In this document: piece by piece, positions 32,067 to 41,054 of the stretch
Layout of the letters: each line of letters starts with the position of its first letter
Position numbering within the stretch: position 1 is the first letter of the stretch
From: an uncultured Actinomycetota bacterium
GTDB lineage: Bacteria; Actinomycetota; Actinomycetes; JAHEKZ01
Direction: 5' to 3'
DNA length: 64,000 nt
Assembly: GCA_963718235.1 (NCBI GenBank)
Contig: CAVQYR010000001.1
Coordinates: 928,001-992,000 of the forward strand
Notes under the pieces: model-generated
What the model was told of the DNA's origin: nothing
The model's input: only the letters and a program-made list of their open reading frames with translations
Database searches by the model: none
Program-made: the position numbers and the translations under genes

Positions 32067-32132
32067 CTTCGGGGGGTTATCGGAAATCCGGCCTTTGGGT
32101 TCTCGGAAATCCAGACCCCCACACCAGCCCAA

Positions 32133-32175
32133 GAACTGAGAGGGGCCCAGCCGCCGGTCGGGCCCCTCTCAGTTC
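32133..32175. terminator. Probable bidirectional terminator hairpin
   Basis: Perfect 16-bp stem GAACTGAGAGGGGCCC/GGGCCCCTCTCAGTTC between convergent ssrA and the aminotransferase gene. Confidence 0.8.
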
Positions 32176-32204
32176 ATTGACGTGGGGTCAGGGGGGCGAG
32201 CCCC

Positions 32205-33599
32205 CTACCGGGTGAGCTCGTCGAGGAAGTCGGCGGCCGCGCCGATGTAGGTGTCGACGTCGGCCTCGTCGATGGCGTAGGAGACCGAGGGGCCGGCCGT
32301 GGCGACTGAGTCCCAGATGCCGCGGTTGAGCAGGAAGACCTTGCGGGCATCTGCGAGGGGCAGGACGAGTGAGGCGAAGCTGTCGGCGCCGGTGCGGGGC
32401 GGTTCGGGGGTGAGGCGGAACTGGATGCGTCCGCCGAGCCGGTCGATGGTCCAGGGAAGGCCGACCCGGTCGACCTCTCGCTGAAGTCCGGCCTGGAGTC
32501 GCTGGCCGAGCGTGTCGACCCTCGCTCCGGCCTCGGCGGTGAAGATCTCCGCGAGGCCGATACGTGCCGCCGCCATGGACAGCGCGTTGGCATACAAGGT
32601 GCCGCCGATTGCAAGGCCGTGCGCGTCGCCGGTCTCGACGAGCCCGGGGTCGTGATCGCGGTTCGCGCTGACGACGTCGGCGATGGTGTTGGTCATGCCG
32701 ACCACGCCGATGGGGACGCCACCGCCGATGCCCTTGCCCCCGGTGAGCATGTCGGGCTGGAGGCCGAAGACGGTGGTGCCTCCGCCGTGGACAGCGAACT
32801 GAACGTGGGTCTCGTCGACGATCAGCAGTGCTCCGGCGGCTCGCACGTCGATGTTGAGGGAGGCGACGAACTCGGGGGTGGGGGTCACCAGCCCACAGTT
32901 GGTGAGTGCGGACTCCATCAGGACTGCTGCGACGTCGCCACGGGCCAGCCGTGCGCGAAGCGCGTCGGGGTCGTTGAACGGGACCACGTCGGTGGTCTGC
33001 GCGGTGGAGGGGTCGAGGCCCGTGAGGTCGCCTTCCATTCCACCGTCGTCGCTGCGTGACCACAGGGTCTGGTCGAGGTGGCCGTGGTACTTGCCGTCGA
33101 ACACCAGGACCGTGGAACGACCGGTGGCCACACGAGCGATACGGATCGCGTCGGTGTTCGCACCGGTGGCCGAGAGGGTGAACTGCCACTGAGGAAGGCC
33201 GAAGCGCTCGGTGAGCAGCCGGCACACCTCGACGGTGTCGGTGGTCGGCAGCAGGAAGTGGTTGCCGAGCAGCGCTTGGTCGTGGATGGCTCGGACGATG
33301 GGCTCAGGCGCGAAGCCGGCCGGCATGGCGAGGTCGCAGGCGTTGAAGTCGAGGTAAATGTTGCCGTCCAGGTCCTCAAACCGTGGCCCGGAGCCACGGA
33401 CGGCGACGACGGGGGCGTGCCGGTAGAGACCCCGCATCCACGCCATCGGGACACCGCCTGGCATCACCCGCTGAGCGTCGGCGAGCCACTGAGCCGACCG
33501 GGGGGTGCGCTTGCCGAACGTCACGAGCTCCCGGTCGAGGATTTCGCGTGCGCGCTGAATCAGGGTGTCGTCGACGTGGGGGTACCGCGATGGGTTCAT
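32205..33599 (-). CDS. Class III PLP aminotransferase (GSA aminomutase-like)
   Basis: Motifs MPGGV, DLDGNIYLD, KYHG, LIVDETH, GKGIGGG and GGT; GAGG RBS before ATG 33599. Confidence 0.88.
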   Translation of the reverse strand: MNPSRYPHVDDTLIQRAREILDRELVTFGKRTPRSAQWLADAQRVMPGGVPMAWMRGLYRHAPVVAVRGSGPRFEDLDGNIYLDFNACDLAMPAGFAPEPIVRAIHDQALLGNHFLLPTTDTVEVCRLLTERFGLPQWQFTLSATGANTDAIRIARVATGRSTVLVFDGKYHGHLDQTLWSRSDDGGMEGDLTGLDPSTAQTTDVVPFNDPDALRARLARGDVAAVLMESALTNCGLVTPTPEFVASLNIDVRAAGALLIVDETHVQFAVHGGGTTVFGLQPDMLTGGKGIGGGVPIGVVGMTNTIADVVSANRDHDPGLVETGDAHGLAIGGTLYANALSMAAARIGLAEIFTAEAGARVDTLGQRLQAGLQREVDRVGLPWTIDRLGGRIQFRLTPEPPRTGADSFASLVLPLADARKVFLLNRGIWDSVATAGPSVSYAIDEADVDTYIGAAADFLDELTR

Positions 33600-33667
33600 G
33601 GCGACCTCGTTCGTGGATCGGTGCCCGCTCGTCTGACGCCGGGATGCCGCGGATGCTAGCAACGAGA

Positions 33668-33700
33668 TTGACGGTCTGTCCAGATTGGACTTAGTGTCTA
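33668..33700 (+). promoter_or_regulatory. Sigma-A-type promoter overlapped by two imperfect operator palindromes
   Basis: TTGACG-N18-TAGTGT ends 7 nt before ATG 33705. Sites TTGACGgtcTGTCCA and TGGACTtagTGTCTA. Confidence 0.6.
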
Positions 33701-33704
33701 CCTC

Positions 33705-34328
33705 ATGGCAGCGGCCCGACCTGATCGACTCCCGCCGATCCTGGTAGACGTGGCGGCGACCGCACAAGCGATCACGACGCTGTTCCACCCGCACGTCGAG
33801 GTCGTGCTGCACGACGTGGCCCGTGACCGGGTGGTCGCCATCTGGAACGCCTTCTCAGCCAGGAAGCCCGGCGCGGAGTCGCTGCTCGAACCAGAGCTGC
33901 TCGCCGACGTCCCGCCCGGCCAGGTTCTCGGCCCCTACGAGCAGGTCGACCGCCACGGACGGCGCCTGTCGTCGGTGAGTGTGCGTGTCGACGACGGTCG
34001 GCTGCTGTTGTGCCTCAACTTCGATCGGTCTGCCATCGACTCCGCCGTGCAGATGCTGTCGGCCCTCGCCGCACCCCGCGAGGAGCAACCCGGTGCACTC
34101 TTCCAGCGTGACTGGCGGGCACACGTGAACGGGCTCATCGACGACTGGTGCCGCGAACATGGCGTGGCCCGATCCGCGCTCAGACGCGCCGGCCGCCTCG
34201 CCCTCGTGGCAGACCTCGACGCACGTGGCGTCTTCGACACCCGCAACGCTGCAGCCCACGTCGCCACCGTCCTCGGCGTCTCGCGAGCAACCGTCTACGC
34301 ACTGCGTAAGGAGAGTCAGAGCCGCTGA
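33705..34328 (+). CDS. YheO/DauR-like PAS + HTH transcriptional regulator
   Basis: Motifs EVVLHD, NAFSARKPG, LCLNFD and GVF..RNAA..VA..LGVSRATVY. Confidence 0.88.
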   Translation: MAAARPDRLPPILVDVAATAQAITTLFHPHVEVVLHDVARDRVVAIWNAFSARKPGAESLLEPELLADVPPGQVLGPYEQVDRHGRRLSSVSVRVDDGRLLLCLNFDRSAIDSAVQMLSALAAPREEQPGALFQRDWRAHVNGLIDDWCREHGVARSALRRAGRLALVADLDARGVFDTRNAAAHVATVLGVSRATVYALRKESQSR

Positions 34329-35084
34329 CACGGGGATCACTCTCGGTGAACGGAACGGCGTCAGTCACGCGCCGGCGTGTGAAATGTCGGCGATCGTCGT
34401 GTGAAACCAGGCCGGAACCTGGTCGCGATTCACGGCTCTGACCTGGGCAAACGCGACTCCCGCTAACCCCGCACTTCACACTGCGGGTTTGCAGGCCGAT
34501 GAGGTTGGTGAGTCCCGACCGATGACCTCCCAGACCGAGTTCTGGGGGGTCATCAGCCTTCATTGGATGCGGGAACCGTGACCACCAGGCCAGTCGAGAG
34601 GCTGAGGTGGTGGTCGCACCCCCGACAACTGCCCGATGAGGCATGGAGCGCCCTCCTCGCCGACGAACTGGCCAAAGTCGTACCCCGCTCTCACGCAGAG
34701 ACAGCGATCAAGGCGGTCCAGTTCACCCGGAGCCCTGGACGCCGCGATGCTCGAGCTCATCCCGCAGCGAGGACCGGGGTTCCAGTTGCGCTGCTCACTG
34801 ACATGCACCTAGCGCCCTTGACGAAGCCCGGCACGTCACCTCCACGCGAGCCCCAGCGCCACGAGGACGCGCGCGAGGGAGGGCCTCGACTATCCGGCAC
34901 TGTCGTCAGAAGGAGGAGGTCCTGCCCGGAGGCGTAGTTGTCAGGTTCGCGCGAGCGCCGACGTTGTCCGGGGCCAGCACGTCGACCAGCACCGCGAGCC
35001 GTTGCAGGTCATCCAGGACGGAGACGCCATCACTGACATCCGCGCGCGACCGGACACTGTGCTGTTTCGCGTTCGCACCCCACT

Positions 35085-36257
35085 TCACTTCGGACGGGTG
35101 GAGCTCTCCGATGGCGTGGTCCGAGGAATGCGCTTCTCCTGGTCGAAGAAGGGCAGGGACACGACCTCGCCTTGCGCCGAACCGCCGTCATCAGTCGCAA
35201 CGGTCACATTGCGTCCGACCCAGTCGTCGGCCTCGAGGAACCTCACGTAGCCGATGCCGCACTCGAGTGTGGGTGACCAGGCCGCCGCAGTGATGCTGCC
35301 GACCGCGGTTCCGTCGTCCAGGACCCCACCCCGATACCGCGGGACCGCTGTCGCGCACCTCACTCCGAGGAGAGTGGGACGCCGGTCGGCGGTCAGCAGG
35401 GCCTGACGTCCGACGAAGCCCTCCTTGTCCAAGTCGATGAAGTCACCGAGACCCGCCTGGTAGGGGGTCATCGACGTGTCGAAGTCGGTGAGGTTGTCCA
35501 GGATTCCTGCTTCGATGCGCCGAACACCCATGGACTTGGTGCTGCCGAACGCCATTCCACGGCTTTCGCCCGCAGACTCGATGGCGCGCCACAGACGAGG
35601 ATGGTCCGTCTCGGCGTGGGAGTAGATCTCGTAGCCCACTTCGCCCGTCCAACCGGTGCGTGACACATAGACGGCCTGGCCGCCCACATCGAAGTGGCCC
35701 GCATGGAAGTACTTCATCGAGGGGTCGATGGCCCCGGCGGTGAGGTCGGACATGATCTCCATCGATCGGGGACCCTGGATCTGAAGGACCCGTGACCGAG
35801 GGTCAGTGATCCTGACGTCGAAGCCGGCACTGTGCGCCACGAGCCATGACCGAAGCTCACCATCGGGCTGGACGTACCAGTACCGGTCTTCAGTGAGCCT
35901 GAACAGAACGCCGTCCATGAAGGTCCCACCAGACTCCGTGCACGCGATGGCATAACGACCCCGGCCCACCGGGAGATCCTCGATGCGCCTGGAGAAGACC
36001 CGCTCAAGGAAGGGAAGCACGTCCGGCCCGTCGATCTGCCAGGGCTTCTCCGGCACGTCGTAGAGAACGGCCTCGCGGCGCAGGTTCCAGTACGTCGTCG
36101 TCAGGTCCTCCCCGTTGTCGACGGGGTAGAAGCGCCCGGCGTAGACGCCGAGCACCGTCCGATCGTTGGCATAGAGGCCGTAGTAGGGGGACTGCTCGAA
36201 GCGGCGGGAACTGATGGACACGGGGGCTTGGGTGTCGGAGTGAATGCAGGTACTCAT
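35085..36257 (-). CDS. GcvT-family aminomethyltransferase/demethylase
   Basis: Motifs LYDVPEK, IQGP, SRTGWTGEVGYEI and RRIEAG. Start at 36257 or 36278. Confidence 0.87.
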   Translation of the reverse strand: MSTCIHSDTQAPVSISSRRFEQSPYYGLYANDRTVLGVYAGRFYPVDNGEDLTTTYWNLRREAVLYDVPEKPWQIDGPDVLPFLERVFSRRIEDLPVGRGRYAIACTESGGTFMDGVLFRLTEDRYWYVQPDGELRSWLVAHSAGFDVRITDPRSRVLQIQGPRSMEIMSDLTAGAIDPSMKYFHAGHFDVGGQAVYVSRTGWTGEVGYEIYSHAETDHPRLWRAIESAGESRGMAFGSTKSMGVRRIEAGILDNLTDFDTSMTPYQAGLGDFIDLDKEGFVGRQALLTADRRPTLLGVRCATAVPRYRGGVLDDGTAVGSITAAAWSPTLECGIGYVRFLEADDWVGRNVTVATDDGGSAQGEVVSLPFFDQEKRIPRTTPSESSTRPK

Positions 36258-36274
36258 CGTCGTCGTCCTTCCGG

Positions 36275-37150
36275 TCATGCTGCGGCAAGGCGGTCGAGAT
36301 GCTCAGTGCAGGTCCGACGCCACTCGCCTGCTGGGGTGCCTGGCGGTCGTACTCCTTGGAGCAGTCGCATCGCGGCAACTCGTCCGCGAGACGTGCCTTT
36401 GCCGGTCAGGCTCCAGACGTCTTCGTGGCTTCGGAGGAGGTCGAGGCTGGCTGCTGGCGGGTCCGGCATGCGTCGGACCACATCGAGCTCGTACACGCAC
36501 AAGGTGGTGGACGGTTCGGCGCCGGCCGCCCATACTGATCGGCTCACCACCGACGGCCACTGGTGCTCGGCCGCGAGAACTGCGTCGGTGGACCCGGTGA
36601 GGACGGGGTCTGACTCGGAGAACACCATCCCGAGGCGCCGGTCCTGGACCCGCGACGACAGGCGCGACAGACCCGCGCGCAACTCGACGGCGATCGTGTC
36701 CAGCGCGTACTCCGTCTCGTCGGTCGGGTGAAGGTCGATGTGCGGCCATCGCTCGCCGAGGTCTGGTCGTCGTCCAGCGGAGACCCACAGGTCGACACCG
36801 TCGACCTGTGAGACCGCAGCCTCGAGCCCGCCGGTGCCCAGCCGGTCGGTGACGAGGAGGACGTGAGGCCCGCCCTGACGCAGAGACGACTGAAGGAGGT
36901 CGGAGGGGTGAAGCCGAAGCGCGGAGGCGAAGCCCACGAGCACCTCGGCCGTCGGACAGGGGCCAGAGGGGTCGCGCGAGGACCTCGAGCCCTCCAGCGC
37001 GACGACGTATGCCTGGGAGACGCCGACAAGTCGAGCCATCTGACGGGTCGAGTACCCGAGGGCTTGGCGTCGTCCTCTGAGCTCCTGACCGAACCTGCGG
37101 AGATCGAAGTGCTCGGGGAACCGAGGACTGGGTGCCGTCGACGAGTACAT
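36275..37150 (-). CDS. XRE-family HTH regulator with possible MEDS-like sensory domain
   Basis: N-terminal LRGRRQALGYSTRQMARLVGVSQAYV..LE. C-terminal LCVYE...LDLLRSH resembles MEDS. Confidence 0.75.
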   Translation of the reverse strand: MYSSTAPSPRFPEHFDLRRFGQELRGRRQALGYSTRQMARLVGVSQAYVVALEGSRSSRDPSGPCPTAEVLVGFASALRLHPSDLLQSSLRQGGPHVLLVTDRLGTGGLEAAVSQVDGVDLWVSAGRRPDLGERWPHIDLHPTDETEYALDTIAVELRAGLSRLSSRVQDRRLGMVFSESDPVLTGSTDAVLAAEHQWPSVVSRSVWAAGAEPSTTLCVYELDVVRRMPDPPAASLDLLRSHEDVWSLTGKGTSRGRVAAMRLLQGVRPPGTPAGEWRRTCTEHLDRLAAA

Positions 37151-37151
37151 G

Positions 37152-37169
37152 TGATCAGCATGCTGATCA
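37152..37169. promoter_or_regulatory. Perfect 18-bp palindrome, probable operator
   Basis: TGATCAGCATGCTGATCA overlaps the -10 of a minus-strand TTGACG-N17-CATGCT promoter. Confidence 0.75.
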
Positions 37170-37292
37170 TCACTGTTGGCGTCAAGGCCTCCCGCGAGAG
37201 ATCGAGTCAGCTCGTCGTGGAGACGACGGCGAGGAACTGGCCTGATCCGTCAGAGGCTGGGCAACCGGGTCCCACCCCTCTACCCTCAGTGC

Positions 37293-39884
37293 ATGGTGCT
37301 CTACGAACGGGCACAGCTCATCGACTCCCTGTGTGACCTGCTCGACGATGCGGCGGCGGGCCACGGTCGTCTCGCGCTGGTGCACGGCGAGATCGGGATC
37401 GGCAAGTCCGCGCTGGTCCGGGAGTTCAGCGACGTCGCCTCCAGGTCCGCCCGGGTGCTTTGGGGGGCATGCGACCCGCTCAGCTCGCCGCGGCCGCTCG
37501 GGCCGCTGGCAGACGTCGCGCCGCACCTGGGCGCGACCGTGGGGGAGCTGCTGCGCTCCGGTGAGCGCGACGGCCTGTTCGAAGCAACACTTGCCTCCCT
37601 CGGTGACCTGGGCCCGGTCGTGCTCGTGGTCGAGGACATCCACTGGGCCGATGTGTCCACGCTGGACCTGATCCGCTATCTGGCCCGGCGCGCCGAAGGC
37701 GTCAGGCTGCTCATCGTCGCGACCTACCGTGACGACGAGCTCGCACCAACAGATCCGTTGAGGGTGATGCTCGGCGACCTCGCTTCGACGTCGTCGACGC
37801 GCCGACTTGCCGTCCCCCCGCTGTCGCTCGAGGCAGTAACGGCACTGGCGGCCTCGACGTCACTCGACCCGCGAGACCTGTTCCGCGAGACGGGGGGCAA
37901 CCCGTTCTTCGTGACCGAGGTCATCTCCTCTGGCGGTGAGCACTTGCCATCGACGGTTCAAGATGCCGTCCTGGCTCGAGTGCACAGGGTCTCCGCCCAG
38001 GCGCGGGCTGCCCTCGAGGCAGCGGCGGTGATCGGGACCAGGGTCGAGCCGTCGCTCATCCTTGCCATGCCGGGCGTGAGCGCCGACGCCGTCGATGAAT
38101 GCGTCTCGGCCGGCATGCTCCGGTTCAACGCCCCGGTGTACGGCTTCCGGCACGAGCTCGTCCGTCAGGCGGTGCTCGCGGGGGTGGCTCCTGGTCGGCT
38201 CGGCGCGCTGCACTGGCAGGCGCTCGACCGGCTTCGGGCCCAGCAGCTTCAGCCCGCGCCGCTGGCCCGTCTGGCCGAGCACGCCGAGCAGGCCGGCGAC
38301 GGGCTGGCCGTCCTCGAGTTCGCGGTTGCCGCGGGCGACTCCGCAGTCGGGCTCATGTCGCACCGCGAGGCGGCCTTCCAGTACGGCCGGGCCCTGCGCT
38401 ACGCGGACCTGCTCGACGTCGAGGCGCGGATCGACCTGCTGCGCAAGCGCTCGTACGAGTGCTATCTCATCGACGCGCTCGCCGACGCGATCGCCCCGCT
38501 CGAACAGGCCGTGGCGCTGCTGCGCGAGACCGATCGACACGACGACCTCGCCCAGGCTCTGCTGCGGCTGGGTCAGGTGCACTGGGTGGCCGGCCACAGC
38601 GGTCGCTCAGACGAGCTGCAGGACGAGGCGCTGGCGATCCTCGAAGGACTGCCTGCAGGACCGACACTCGCCTGGGCGTATGCGCGCAAGGCGTCGAGCC
38701 TCATGGTCTCCAACCGGCTCGACACCGGCATGGAGCAGGGAGAGCGTGCGCTGGCCCTGGCCCGCCAGTTCGAGGCGCAGGACGTCGAGGTGCACGTGCT
38801 GAACACCCTGGGGGTCTGTCGGTGGCACGTCGACCCGGTCGCCGGTGAGCAGCTGCTGCTCGACAGCCTGGCCCTGGCGCGGCAGCTGGACCTGGAGGAC
38901 GACGCCGGTCGCGGGTACGCCAACCTCACCGGCCAGGCATTCGCACACCTGGACATCGCCAAGGGCCTTGCCTACTGCGACGAGGGAGCCGCCTACTGCA
39001 ACGACCACGACCTGCACGGCACCCTGTTGTGCATCCTCACCGGGAAGGTCGCGGCCCTCACCAGGATCGGTGACTGGGCCGAGGCGACCGCGCTGGCCCG
39101 CAACCTGCTCGACGAGCGCGGGATCAGCCGGGTGAGCCGGTGCGAACCGCTGATGGCACTTGGCCTGGTCCGAGCGCGTCGGGGCGACCCGGGGGTCTGG
39201 CCCGTGCTCGACGAGGCGTACGAGTGCGTGGCCGAGGCGCACGAGCTGCAGTTCCAGGCCCCGGTCGCCCTGTCCCGGGCCGAGGCGTACTGGCTGGAGA
39301 ACAACATCGATGCGGCCGAGGCCGAACTGCTCCCGGTCCTGCGGCTGGCTCAGGAGACCGACGACGACGACACCCTCGGTGACTTGGAAGTGATGCTGTG
39401 GCGCTTGGGGCGGCTGGCGACGCAGCCGCGGACGGAGTCCGAGGTGCACCAGCTCGTCCTCACCGGCCGGCCACGAGCGGCTGCGGCGTACTGGGCCGAG
39501 CGCGGCTACTGCTACGACGCGGCGATGGCACTTGCCGACAGCGACGACGAGGAGGACCTGCGCCGGGCCATGGTCGACCTCGACCGGCTGGGGGCCCATG
39601 TCCTCGTCGCCCGCACTGCCGCGAAGCTCCGAGCGCTCGGGGCCCACGGCGTCCCCCGTGGGGCGCGGGCCAGCACCCGGTCGAACGTCGGCGGGCTCAC
39701 CGACCGCGAGACCGAGGTGCTCGGCCTGCTCGACGAGGGGCTGCGCAACGCCGAGATCGCCAAGCGGCTGCACCTGTCGGAGAAAACGGTTGGGCACCAC
39801 GTGTCGTCCATCCTGGCCAAGCTCGGCGTGTCCTCACGTGGCGACGCCGTGGTACGGGCTCGCGAGCTCCTCACCGCGTCCTGA
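37293..39884 (+). CDS. Large ATP-binding LuxR-family regulator (AAA + TPR-like + HTH)
   Basis: Motifs GEIGIGKS, VEDIHWAD, GGNPFF, FRHEL and C-terminal LTDRETEVL...KTVGHHVSSILAKL. Confidence 0.92.
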   Translation: MVLYERAQLIDSLCDLLDDAAAGHGRLALVHGEIGIGKSALVREFSDVASRSARVLWGACDPLSSPRPLGPLADVAPHLGATVGELLRSGERDGLFEATLASLGDLGPVVLVVEDIHWADVSTLDLIRYLARRAEGVRLLIVATYRDDELAPTDPLRVMLGDLASTSSTRRLAVPPLSLEAVTALAASTSLDPRDLFRETGGNPFFVTEVISSGGEHLPSTVQDAVLARVHRVSAQARAALEAAAVIGTRVEPSLILAMPGVSADAVDECVSAGMLRFNAPVYGFRHELVRQAVLAGVAPGRLGALHWQALDRLRAQQLQPAPLARLAEHAEQAGDGLAVLEFAVAAGDSAVGLMSHREAAFQYGRALRYADLLDVEARIDLLRKRSYECYLIDALADAIAPLEQAVALLRETDRHDDLAQALLRLGQVHWVAGHSGRSDELQDEALAILEGLPAGPTLAWAYARKASSLMVSNRLDTGMEQGERALALARQFEAQDVEVHVLNTLGVCRWHVDPVAGEQLLLDSLALARQLDLEDDAGRGYANLTGQAFAHLDIAKGLAYCDEGAAYCNDHDLHGTLLCILTGKVAALTRIGDWAEATALARNLLDERGISRVSRCEPLMALGLVRARRGDPGVWPVLDEAYECVAEAHELQFQAPVALSRAEAYWLENNIDAAEAELLPVLRLAQETDDDDTLGDLEVMLWRLGRLATQPRTESEVHQLVLTGRPRAAAAYWAERGYCYDAAMALADSDDEEDLRRAMVDLDRLGAHVLVARTAAKLRALGAHGVPRGARASTRSNVGGLTDRETEVLGLLDEGLRNAEIAKRLHLSEKTVGHHVSSILAKLGVSSRGDAVVRARELLTAS

Positions 39885-40030
39885 GCCTGCGTGACGGCGC
39901 CCCCGTCTCGAGAGGTAGGGAGCCGTCAGCGCCAAGATGGGGAGCGATCCCGATGCGGGCGTGCACCACGGACTGGCTCACTGGGAGCGTGACGGGCCGA
40001 CCCGCGGTCCGACGAGCACGAGGAGCCACG

Positions 40031-40303
40031 ATGCCGCGTTACCTGGTCGAGCGCACGTTCCCCGACGGCCTGCAGATCCCGACGACGAACGACGGAGCGA
40101 CGGCGTGCCTCGGGGTCGTGGGCCACAACGCCGAGGTCGGCGTCACCTGGGTGCACTCCTACGTCAGCGAGGACAAGCAGAAGACGTTCTGCATCTACGA
40201 CGGCCCCGACCCCGAGGCGATCCGCCGTGCCGCGAGCCGCAACAGCCTGCCGATCGACTCGATCGCCAAGGTCAGCGTGCTGGACCCGTACTTCTACCAC
40301 TGA
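40031..40303 (+). CDS. DUF4242 (SCO4226-like) protein
   Basis: AGGAG RBS; MPRYLVER, WVHSYVS and FCIYDGPDPEAIR. Confidence 0.85.
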   Translation: MPRYLVERTFPDGLQIPTTNDGATACLGVVGHNAEVGVTWVHSYVSEDKQKTFCIYDGPDPEAIRRAASRNSLPIDSIAKVSVLDPYFYH

Positions 40304-40457
40304 GGACTTCGGAGGTCGGCGCCGGCGCGAGCCGGTGCCGACCCTCCGCCCGTCCGGGAGAGTGCCGACTGCCCTTGCCGGGCCTGAGACCATGGGTCGG
40401 TTCCGCGGGCTCGCACGGTGTGGGCTCGGCTCGATCCTGGTCAGGACAGGGACCCCC

Positions 40458-41030
40458 ATGCCGCTGCTCGTCCAACCGGCACTTGCGCCCGGCAGTCTCG
40501 CCCGGCTGACCCAGCCGGTCCTGCGCCGAGACGAGATCGAGCTGCGCCCCTGGGTGGCGTCGGATGCTCGCGCCGTCGCGAGTGCCTACAACGAGCCGTC
40601 CATCCAGCGCTGGCATGCCCGGTCGATGGGGTTCGAGGAGGCGCGAGCCTGGGTCGCCTCGTGGTCGCGGCGCTGGATGGAGGAGAGCGGTGCCGGCTGG
40701 GCGGTGGTCGATGCCGAGGGTCTGCTGGGCCAGGTCAGCCTTCGCCGGCTGGATCTGCAAGAAGGGCTGGCTGAGGTCTCGTACTGGGTCCTGCCGGCGG
40801 CCCGTGGTCGACGCGTCGCCGGTCGGGCCCTGTCTGCACTGACTGAGTGGTCCTTCACCGAGCTCGGTGCGCACCGGATCGAGCTGGTCCACTCGGTGTT
40901 GAACCCGGCCTCGTGCCGGGTCGCCGTGCATGCCGGCTTCGCCTTCGAGGGAGTCAAGCGAAGCGAAGCGCTGCACGCCGACGGCTGGCACGACATGCAC
41001 CTGCACGCACGACTGGCCGACGACCTGTGA
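40458..41030 (+). CDS. GNAT (RimJ/RimL-type) acetyltransferase
   Basis: Motifs LRPW, YWVLPAARGRR, NPASCRVA, GFAFEG and WHDMHLH. Confidence 0.9.
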   Translation: MPLLVQPALAPGSLARLTQPVLRRDEIELRPWVASDARAVASAYNEPSIQRWHARSMGFEEARAWVASWSRRWMEESGAGWAVVDAEGLLGQVSLRRLDLQEGLAEVSYWVLPAARGRRVAGRALSALTEWSFTELGAHRIELVHSVLNPASCRVAVHAGFAFEGVKRSEALHADGWHDMHLHARLADDL

Positions 41031-41054
41031 CGTGGGTCGGGCACCATGTGACGC

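Noticed and set aside
36258-36400. Glycine riboswitch before the GcvT-like gene
   Set aside because: The upstream sequence is the regulator's coding region and no aptamer motif is visible.
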